Below are positions 6,534 to 13,533 of a DNA stretch of 32,000 bases, piece by piece. The stretch lies in the NCBI RefSeq assembly GCF_001306055.1, contig NZ_LGHJ01000015.1, positions 109,518 to 141,517 on the forward strand, in the 5' to 3' direction. The translations under genes were made by a program, and so were the position numbers. The stretch comes from Bellilinea caldifistulae (lineage in GTDB: Bacteria; Chloroflexota; Anaerolineae; Anaerolineales; Anaerolineaceae). Position 1 is the stretch's first letter; every line of letters starts with the position of its first letter. Under the pieces are notes generated by a model. That model was given only the letters and a program-made list of their open reading frames with translations, had not been told where the DNA came from and made no database searches.

Positions 6534-8857
6534 TGCCGCGCTCCCCGCAGCCAGATGGCGCGCCCGTCGCTGATCCACTCCGTGCGCCCGTGGTCGGCGG
6601 TTGAAATCATCCCATCCCCTTCCGCCTGTGGGCTTTGCAGGAGAATCACGGCCGGATTGAGCGAGCGCCACTCGTCCAGCGGTGCATCCTTGCCATCCAG
6701 GCTGCCCAGCAGCAGGCTGGCACCATTCACCAGCGGGCTGGCCGCGCGCAGCACTGCCGGGCTAAAACCGTTCGGCATCAGCAGACGGGCATCGCGGTAC
6801 TCAATCAGCAGGGCGGCTCTTTCACCGTCGCTTTGCAGCACATACAGAATCAGGTCATGATCGAGTTGCAGGCGGTCTCCGGCTGCAAGCTGTTGTTGAG
6901 GGGTGTGCGTCAGGCTGAGGGTTTGATGGAGGCGGCTGGCGGTGCGGCTGGCAGGCGGTTCCACCGCCCAGTACAGGCTGCTGCAAGGCAAGCGTTCGAG
7001 AGCGGCCGGCATTCCCTCCAGCAGGCTGGCCTGCCGGAAAGGCAGCACCGCCGCATCCAACCGGCGGGAAAAGGGGCCGGTTTCGCGTCCCAATGCCCCC
7101 GCCAGGCTATTGGCCTGAGGGGCGCTGCCCAGTAAAATTTGCCGCCCGGCAGGTGTGCGCAACAGAACCGCCTGTCCGTTGGGTAGATGCGGGAGGATGA
7201 CATGCAGTTTACCGTCCGGTCGGCGCAGGGCTGCTCCCCAGACCAGCAGGGTCAGTATGCCCAATCCGCCCAGCACCAGCGAGGGTTTGAGTGCGGAGCG
7301 CAGCCGGTCGAGCCAGCGAATGGGATGGGCCGGGTTGATTTTGATCAAGGCCGTGAAGCCAAACAAAAGGGCGTACAGGCCAACGGCCATCCCCCAGCCG
7401 GCCGCACCGAAATCCAGCGTCCCGCCGCGCAGGGCAGCCAGCACCTCGACGATGCGGATGGTCAGCGCTGCGAAGGGGTAAGTCAGCCAGCCGAGCACCT
7501 GACCGGCCGGCAGCCAGAGCATACCGGCAATCAGCGCCAGCCCGCTCAACTGCATCACCAGCGGCTGCACCGGCAGGATGAGGGGGTTGGCCAGCAGCGC
7601 CGAAAGCGAAATCCGCCCGAACTGTGCCAGCACAACCGGCAGGGTGGTCAGCTGGGCAGCCAGGGTGAAGAGAAAGTACTCGGAAACCGGCGGGGCAATC
7701 CGCCGGGCAAGTGAGGGCGAATAACGCCGGGTCAGCCAGCCTTCAAAGGTGTGCTGGAGCGGCTCGGCGTAGAGAATCAGCCCCAGTGTGGCGGCGAAGG
7801 AAAGTTGAAAGGAGGCATCCCACGGCAGCCACGGGTTGAAGGCGGTCATCGCTGCTGCGCTGAAGGCCAGCGGGGTCAGCCCGGCTGACCTGCGCCCAAT
7901 CAGCCGCCCGAACAGCGCCAGGCTGCTCATCACAGCGGCGCGCACCACTGCCGGGTTAGCCCCCACCAGCAGGGTGTAGAATGTGATTGCCAGGGCCGCG
8001 CTGGCAGATGCCCAGCCGCGCGGCAAAAACCGCCCGAACAAGGCCAGAAACAGGCCGCTGAGCACCGTCATGTTAAAGCCGGAGATGGCGATGATGTGGG
8101 CGGTGCCGGTATCCTGAAAGGCACGCGTCAGCCCGACCGGCAGGTCGCGTTCCAGACCGAGCAGGATACCGCTCAGCAGGGCGGCTTCCGGCTGGGGAAA
8201 GAGCTGGTTGAGAGTCCGGTAAGCAAAGCGGCGCAGGGAGTACACGGCTTGCAGCAGCGGGCTGCCGGCCTGCCCGGTCTGAACTTCGACAAACGGGTAA
8301 GTCAGGTAGGTGTAGATGCCTTTGCGCGCCAGATAAGCGCGGTAGGAAAAGGTCTCATCCTCCGGCGGGGTTGCCGGACTGCCCCACACCCGCACACGCT
8401 GACCGTAGCGCCAGTCGCCGCCGGGCGACAGACGCAGCACGGCGCGCCCGCTGACTTTTAGTGGCGAGCCGCTGCCTTGCAAGCGAAGCGAACTGACCTG
8501 CACGGTCAGCAGCACGGCGTTTTCACGTCGGTCGGGGTCGCTGGCAATCCAGCCGCTCAGTTCGGCTTTCCCAAGGTCGTTGTAGAAAGCCAGATCGGCG
8601 GGGCTAAAATGCGGCTGGGCGATCTGCCAGCGCCATGCTCCCAGCAGCAGGGCAGTCAAAATCACCCCGGCCGGCAGGGGTAAAAACCAGCGCAGCCTGG
8701 CCCAGCCGGAAAAGCGGCGGGTGAGCCGGCCTTCCAGCAAAGCCAACCCCGTGCTGGCGGCAGCGGCGGTCAGCCAGAAGGCGGCCGGCAGGCGCAGGAT
8801 GGCGCTCAGCCCAACCCCGCTTAGAAAGGCAGCCGAAAGCCACAACAGCGGCGGCAC
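6530..8857 (-). CDS. comEC: ComEC/Rec2 family DNA internalisation channel protein with a degenerate C-terminal metallo-beta-lactamase-like region
   Basis: GTG start. N-terminal OB-like DUF4131 region ('GRAVLRLSP...GQRVRVWG...FSYRAYLARKGIY'). Competence-domain signature 'GTAHIIAISGFNMTVL' followed by many TM helices. The C-terminal ~225 aa lack the metal-ligand motifs. Confidence 0.8.
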   Translation of the reverse strand: MPPLLWLSAAFLSGVGLSAILRLPAAFWLTAAAASTGLALLEGRLTRRFSGWARLRWFLPLPAGVILTALLLGAWRWQIAQPHFSPADLAFYNDLGKAELSGWIASDPDRRENAVLLTVQVSSLRLQGSGSPLKVSGRAVLRLSPGGDWRYGQRVRVWGSPATPPEDETFSYRAYLARKGIYTYLTYPFVEVQTGQAGSPLLQAVYSLRRFAYRTLNQLFPQPEAALLSGILLGLERDLPVGLTRAFQDTGTAHIIAISGFNMTVLSGLFLALFGRFLPRGWASASAALAITFYTLLVGANPAVVRAAVMSSLALFGRLIGRRSAGLTPLAFSAAAMTAFNPWLPWDASFQLSFAATLGLILYAEPLQHTFEGWLTRRYSPSLARRIAPPVSEYFLFTLAAQLTTLPVVLAQFGRISLSALLANPLILPVQPLVMQLSGLALIAGMLWLPAGQVLGWLTYPFAALTIRIVEVLAALRGGTLDFGAAGWGMAVGLYALLFGFTALIKINPAHPIRWLDRLRSALKPSLVLGGLGILTLLVWGAALRRPDGKLHVILPHLPNGQAVLLRTPAGRQILLGSAPQANSLAGALGRETGPFSRRLDAAVLPFRQASLLEGMPAALERLPCSSLYWAVEPPASRTASRLHQTLSLTHTPQQQLAAGDRLQLDHDLILYVLQSDGERAALLIEYRDARLLMPNGFSPAVLRAASPLVNGASLLLGSLDGKDAPLDEWRSLNPAVILLQSPQAEGDGMISTADHGRTEWISDGRAIWLRGARH

Positions 8858-8863
8858 GGCGGC

Positions 8864-9472
8864 TCACTCCGGCGGCGGGAACAGACGCGGCAGAAAGGCC
8901 GGTGTGCGGCGGCGGTATTCGGCGTAGGCATCGCCGAATTCGTCCAGCAGCTTATCCTCTTCAAAGCGTGAACCGATAATAAAGTACAGGGTTACCCCCA
9001 GATTCAACGCCAGCAGATTCCAGCTCATCACCGGCATCAGCCACAGAAACAAGAGCGAGCAGGTGTAGAGAGGGTGGCGCACCCAGCGGTACAAACCGTT
9101 GGTTACAAAATGCGGCGGGCGCTGCAGGGCGGTTGCATCCAGCGCGGTATCCAGTCCAATGAAACGCATTGCCCCGGTTTGGGAAACGCCGTAAACAAGC
9201 CCGATCAAACCGGCCAATTGAAGCAAACCGGTCAGTATGAACCATGGGAAGGGAATGGTGTAAATCACCCGGTCGGGCAGCAGGGCAGTGAGCACCAGCG
9301 GCGGCAACAGAGTAACGCCGCCCAACACGGAGAAAATCAGCCGGTAGTAGCGGCGGATGCGCTCCCCAAAGCGTGCTTCGGCGTAGCGTTTAACGCGGCG
9401 GGAGGCCAGCAGCGAATGGAGCGCCCCGTAGAGCGCCATGGCGAGCAAAATCAACCAAAATCCGGCGGTCAT
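8864..9472 (-). CDS. Isoprenylcysteine carboxyl / phospholipid methyltransferase (ICMT/PEMT) family membrane protein
   Basis: Polytopic. 'TNGLYRWVRHPLYTCSLLFLW' and 'EEDKLLDEFGDAYAEYRRRTPAFLP' are the family's C-terminal signature. Stop lies 6 nt upstream of the comEC start. Confidence 0.75.
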   Translation of the reverse strand: MTAGFWLILLAMALYGALHSLLASRRVKRYAEARFGERIRRYYRLIFSVLGGVTLLPPLVLTALLPDRVIYTIPFPWFILTGLLQLAGLIGLVYGVSQTGAMRFIGLDTALDATALQRPPHFVTNGLYRWVRHPLYTCSLLFLWLMPVMSWNLLALNLGVTLYFIIGSRFEEDKLLDEFGDAYAEYRRRTPAFLPRLFPPPE

Positions 9473-9681
9473 CTTTTCTATTTTATCCCGGAATGTTTTT
9501 TAGATGCCTCCAATTTGGGATGAAGAATTCCAGTGAGGTGCAGGAGGTTGCCCTTTCAAACGCGGTGATCCTCTGGAAGGTGAAAATGATTTTGTTGCAT
9601 CTTTGGATGCTTTAAGCAAAGACCAGAGGGGCTTGAATAAGGTTTTTGTTAGTGCCTTTGGGGTGTGCAGGCGGGGTGGGG

Positions 9682-9704
9682 ATTCCTCGCTTCGCTCAGA
9701 ATGA
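9682..9704 (-). repeat. Copy of the short interspersed element TCATTC[CT]GAGCGAAGCGA[CG]G, inverted relative to 29184
   Basis: The reverse complement of 9682-9704 is TCATTCTGAGCGAAGCGAGGAAT, compared with TCATTCCGAGCGAAGCGACGC at 29184-29204. Confidence 0.5.
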
Positions 9705-9797
9705 TATTAACCGGTTTTCGTCACCGCGAGCCACCGCAGGCGGCGTGGCGGTCTCCCGATTCCCCCACTGCGCGGGCAAGGTTCGGCGAGTTTCAGG

Positions 9798-9827
9798 GTG
9801 ACGGGTTGCGCGTGTTCGCGTTAAAAT
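9798..9827 (+). promoter_or_regulatory. Candidate promoter GTGACG-18-TAAAAT ending 8 nt before the DUF429 ATG
   Basis: GTGACG at 9798-9803, TAAAAT at 9822-9827, ATG at 9836, no SD. The -35 element is weak. Confidence 0.35.
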
Positions 9828-9835
9828 TAACCTCG

Positions 9836-10588
9836 ATGAAGGACATACCAGCAGGCGGGTATCTTGGGTTGGATGGCTGCCGGGCCGGCTGGGTGGTGGC
9901 ACAAATCGGCCGACTACCCGGTGAGGTAAGCCTGGAGGTGTTTTCCTCATTTGAGGCAGCCCTGGCTGCTCACCCCGGTTGTCTGGAGAGTTGGGTGGAC
10001 ATCCCCATCGGTTTGAGCGGGGGAGATGTGGTGCGCCAATTGGACACTGCCATGCGGGCGGCGCTGAAAAGCCGCAAGAGCAGCGTATTTCCGGCGCCTT
10101 GCCGGGCAGCGCTGACGGCCGAAACCTACCGGCAGGCGTGCCAGATCGAATTAAGCCGCTATTCCCGCTCCCTCTCCGTGCAGGCTTATCATCTGATTCC
10201 TAAAATTCGGCAGGTGGATTGGTTCTTACAGGCCCACCCGACGTGGGGCGGGCGGGTGTTTGAGTCTCACCCGGAATTGTGCTTTCAACGACTGAACGGG
10301 GATAGACCCTTACGCTACTCCAAAAAGGAAGCCGCTGGATGGGAGGAACGCGCTGCGATACTGGAAGAATGGCTGCCCGATGCGCGCAGGGCGGCGCTGG
10401 CTTTTCTTTGCGAAACGCGCCGCGCTCAGGTACAGCCGGATGATGTGCTGGATGCGCTGGTGTTGGGGGTGGCTGCCATGCTCAATCAAGGCCGCCGCGA
10501 TGCCTTTTTACATCAGCCGGAGGAATATGACTCGGCTGGGGTTGCCTTGCGGATTGCTTGCCCACCGCCGCTTTCCGGCGAGGTGTAA
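9836..10588 (+). CDS. DUF429 family protein (predicted RNase H-like fold)
   Basis: Start reassigned to the ATG at 9836 ('MKDIPAGGYLGLDGCRAGWVVAQ'). The 'G(L/I)DGCxxGW' N-terminus is typical of DUF429. The track's upstream extension from 9665 reads through the intergenic repeat. Confidence 0.6.
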   Translation: MKDIPAGGYLGLDGCRAGWVVAQIGRLPGEVSLEVFSSFEAALAAHPGCLESWVDIPIGLSGGDVVRQLDTAMRAALKSRKSSVFPAPCRAALTAETYRQACQIELSRYSRSLSVQAYHLIPKIRQVDWFLQAHPTWGGRVFESHPELCFQRLNGDRPLRYSKKEAAGWEERAAILEEWLPDARRAALAFLCETRRAQVQPDDVLDALVLGVAAMLNQGRRDAFLHQPEEYDSAGVALRIACPPPLSGEV

Positions 10589-10590
10589 CC

Positions 10591-11085
10591 ATGAAAGTGC
10601 GCTTTTTCCTGATCATGGGTGTGGCTGGTTGTGGTAAGACGACGGTCGGTAGAGCGCTGGCCGGGCGGCTGGGCTGGGCGTTTTACGATGCGGACGACTT
10701 TCACCCCCCGGAGAACGTTGCCAAAATGTCGTCCGGTATCCCGTTGACGGATCAAGACCGTGCCGGCTGGCTGGAGAAGCTGCATCGGTTGATTGTGGAT
10801 TGTCTGGAAAACCACCGTCCGGCGGTGCTGGCCTGCTCTGCCCTGAAAGAGGCTTATCGTCAGACGTTGTTGAGAGGAACGGAGGGGGTGTGTCTGGTCT
10901 ATTTACGGGCCGGCTATGATCTGTGCCGTCAGCGGCTGGCGGCGCGCACCGGGCATTACATGCCGGTCAGCCTGCTGGCAAGCCAGTTTGCAACGCTGGA
11001 AGAACCATCTGACGCGCTGGTGGTGGATGCCGGGCTGAGCGTGGAGGAGATTGTGGAACAAATTCTCTCCCGTTCAGCCGCGTGA
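10591..11085 (+). CDS. gntK: Gluconokinase (GntK/IdnK family P-loop kinase)
   Basis: 'IMGVAGCGKTTVGRALA' is a Walker A motif. It is followed by 'FYDADDFHPPENVAKMSSGIPLTDQDRAGWL', the gluconokinase signature. ATG at 10591 lies 2 nt after the DUF429 stop. Confidence 0.8.
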   Translation: MKVRFFLIMGVAGCGKTTVGRALAGRLGWAFYDADDFHPPENVAKMSSGIPLTDQDRAGWLEKLHRLIVDCLENHRPAVLACSALKEAYRQTLLRGTEGVCLVYLRAGYDLCRQRLAARTGHYMPVSLLASQFATLEEPSDALVVDAGLSVEEIVEQILSRSAA

Positions 11086-11123
11086 GGCTGCGGCTTCATT
11101 CACAGGATCCAGCCAGAAAAGCA

Positions 11124-11164
11124 CAACCGGCAGAAGGACGGTTAACCTTCCCTACTGCCGGTTG
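11124..11164 (-). terminator. Intrinsic terminator hairpin between convergent genes
   Basis: Perfect 10-bp arms CAACCGGCAG / CTGCCGGTTG (11124-11133, 11155-11164) with an inner AAGG/CCTT stem. On the minus strand it is followed by TGCTTTTCTGG. Lies 24 nt downstream of the 719-aa gene stop. Confidence 0.6.
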
Positions 11165-11187
11165 GGGGGTGTTAAGTTCGGCTGGGC

Positions 11188-13347
11188 TTAACTTTTGATC
11201 AACGCAAAGGCAATCGTTGCGTGACGGTCATATTGCGATTGTCGTCCGTAACCATCCGTGGCGGTGGCGTAGGTTGAGAGGTTGACGGCAAAGGCAGCCC
11301 CATCGTTACAGGCCGTGCACGAACCGCCCAGATTGCGCAGCAGGTAACTGGCGCTGTTGGCAAAGGCAGCCGGCGGCGGGGGTGTTAAGGCCGGCGAGCT
11401 GGTTGAACCGCTGGTGGAAGCCACTCCACCGCAGAGACCGCGCGAAATCCCCAATCCCCACGTCAGAAAATTGTGGGGATGGCGGGCAACATACTCCACC
11501 GTCACCGGATCGCTCAGCGTGTTGAAGCGCAAAAAGCCGCACGAATCTGCTGTGCCGAGCGGGGTACGTACATTTTGTAACTGAGCCACCGTGTCGGCGT
11601 TGTCCACCCGTACGCGGAAGATCAACTGTCCTTGCGGGGTGATGTTGTTGGAAGTCAGTACGCTGGTGTAGGTGTTGGGGGTGCTCAGGTCCGGTAAGAC
11701 GAACTTGAAAGGTCCACTGCCGCCGAGGTTGGAACACGCCACCAGATTACCGCTGGCATCGAACATTTCCAGCAAAAGGGTTACCAAACCGGAGCGGCGG
11801 GGGAGCACATCGTTGTAAGTAAATGGTGGTAATTTATTGCCGGTGCTGTCGAAGTAGGCAAAGGGGCGGTCGTACGGATCGTTGATGTTGACCCATCCGT
11901 CACCGGGAGAAGGGTCGGGGACCTCATACAGATTGGTGACCCCGTTAACCGTCTTGGGCCCCAGAACCACCGGATTCAGATGAATGGTGAGCGGAGAATA
12001 GGTGATTGTCATGTAGCGGTGGGTGACGGTGGCATCTATCTGGGTAAAGTCGGCATCGCCTTCGAATTTATACGACCAGCGGTAATACCGTACATTGCTG
12101 AGCGTTTTCAGACGCGGATCAAAGTTCATCTGCAAAGCCAATGTACCGCCCCAGGGGTTAGTACCGTTGACCAGACCGGTTGCAGCGCTGCTGACCAGCG
12201 GGTTGCTTTCCAGGTCGGTGATGTTGCGCAGGTCGGTATTGCCGATGGCCGTTGGCCAGACGTACAACTCATCGCCGGGGATGGGCCGGTCGGGGTCTTC
12301 CAGACAGGCAACTGCCTGCGGGTCGGTCACGGTGATCTGGATGGAGGGTGTACCGTTGTAATTCCAGTAGGTGTTGCAGGAGATTGAGGGGCTGTACACC
12401 AACCGTTCGCTGCCACCGATGTTCTGAGTGACGCGGAAATACAGGTCGGGTATATCGGATGGGCACCAGAAGCACAATTCTTTATAAAACGAGCCGTCCG
12501 ATTGGATGGGCACCTCAGCCAGCAGGCGCAGACAATACCAGTGATCCGGCAGGACGAGGCACAGATACGGTGCCAGCGTCACTTTATTTTCGATCAGGTA
12601 GCGTTGGAGCGGTTCACCTTTCAGCACCGAAAGGCGGGCGCTCACATCTGAAAGAGCGGTCGGGGAGGGATTGCTGCCTTCCTGTGGGCGAGAAAGAAGC
12701 ATGGCCTGGCGGAAAGGAGCGGGATCCGGTCCCGGACCGGGCGGGATGGGAGGTATCGGCGGGTTGGGTTCCGGGAAGGGGAAAGGAATCGGATCCGGCA
12801 CGGGGGGAAAAGGAGGCCGGCGCAGCAGATCCAGCAGGTCATCGCGCAGGCGTTCCAGTTCCGGGAAGGGGATGCGCTGCAGGTAACACATAAAGTCCAC
12901 TTCGTAGATTTTGACAGTGCCCTGACAAATGGTGGCATAACTGCCCGGTGCAAACTGCTTGCGGACATTGCCGCGGACAACGACGCAGTATCTCCACCAG
13001 CACAGGTAAACGCCTCTGGAAATGGCGATTTCTAACAATGAGGGGCGCAACGGGGAGAGGACATCCTGCAATACGGCTTTGGCTTTGATCAATTGCTGGA
13101 GCAGGTCTTTCGGAATAACCTTCTCTTCGCCAAGCAAATCGGGGCCGACATACAGGCGGAAATTTTGATCGGAAGGGAGACGCAGGTTGATGGTTTCTTT
13201 GGTGTAAGGCTGTGAATCGATCAGGCTGCCCTGGCGGTCAAACAAATAGACCCGAACAGGTGGTATTTTTTCACCCTCTACACTATCCGGGAAGCGAAGC
13301 TGGACGCGCACAGTACGCGCCTTGTTCTTAGCACTTTCTTCGACCAT
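11188..13347 (-). CDS. Hypothetical 719-aa Cys-rich protein with a proline-rich insert; no domain recognised
   Basis: Long clean ORF. ATG at 13347 is preceded by GAGGAGG with a 6-nt spacer; the track's earlier ATG at 13362 overlaps that SD. No signal peptide or TM. Paired cysteines occur (CWWRYC, CLVLPDHWYC, CFWC, CTAC). Pro-rich segment at nt 12712-12822. Confidence 0.75.
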   Translation of the reverse strand: MVEESAKNKARTVRVQLRFPDSVEGEKIPPVRVYLFDRQGSLIDSQPYTKETINLRLPSDQNFRLYVGPDLLGEEKVIPKDLLQQLIKAKAVLQDVLSPLRPSLLEIAISRGVYLCWWRYCVVVRGNVRKQFAPGSYATICQGTVKIYEVDFMCYLQRIPFPELERLRDDLLDLLRRPPFPPVPDPIPFPFPEPNPPIPPIPPGPGPDPAPFRQAMLLSRPQEGSNPSPTALSDVSARLSVLKGEPLQRYLIENKVTLAPYLCLVLPDHWYCLRLLAEVPIQSDGSFYKELCFWCPSDIPDLYFRVTQNIGGSERLVYSPSISCNTYWNYNGTPSIQITVTDPQAVACLEDPDRPIPGDELYVWPTAIGNTDLRNITDLESNPLVSSAATGLVNGTNPWGGTLALQMNFDPRLKTLSNVRYYRWSYKFEGDADFTQIDATVTHRYMTITYSPLTIHLNPVVLGPKTVNGVTNLYEVPDPSPGDGWVNINDPYDRPFAYFDSTGNKLPPFTYNDVLPRRSGLVTLLLEMFDASGNLVACSNLGGSGPFKFVLPDLSTPNTYTSVLTSNNITPQGQLIFRVRVDNADTVAQLQNVRTPLGTADSCGFLRFNTLSDPVTVEYVARHPHNFLTWGLGISRGLCGGVASTSGSTSSPALTPPPPAAFANSASYLLRNLGGSCTACNDGAAFAVNLSTYATATDGYGRQSQYDRHATIAFALIKS

Positions 13348-13372
13348 ACCGAACCTCCTCAAGAGAAAAAGG

Positions 13373-13398
13373 TGTTATGTCAAAGCGATGACATAACA
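13373..13398. promoter_or_regulatory. Perfect 10-6-10 palindrome in the leader/promoter of the 719-aa gene (candidate operator)
   Basis: TGTTATGTCA aagcga TGACATAACA, 26-51 nt upstream of the ATG at 13347, within a locally AT-rich 170-nt intergenic region. Confidence 0.35.
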
Positions 13399-13533
13399 TT
13401 GATAAAATAGACTTACTTTATCATAATAGCACTTAAGCGCTGAGAGGGATACGGTCATTTTTTACAACCGGGGTTCTCTTGGGGAGCGTTCTTCGCTGAG
13501 CGTTGACTGACCCGGAATGATTAAAAATTTGAT

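Noticed and set aside
5580-6671. Minus-strand ORFs 5580..6035, 5702..6304 and 6153..6671, and the plus-strand ORF 6140..6604
   Set aside because: These are shadow ORFs of the TauE gene (and the comEC 3' end) with Arg/Gln/Pro-rich composition. No motifs.
9665-9835. Upstream extension of the DUF429 ORF (track start 9665)
   Set aside because: It translates the interspersed repeat at 9682-9704 and Arg/Pro-rich sequence. The conserved 'GLDGCRAGW' N-terminus follows the ATG at 9836, which has a -10 box just upstream.
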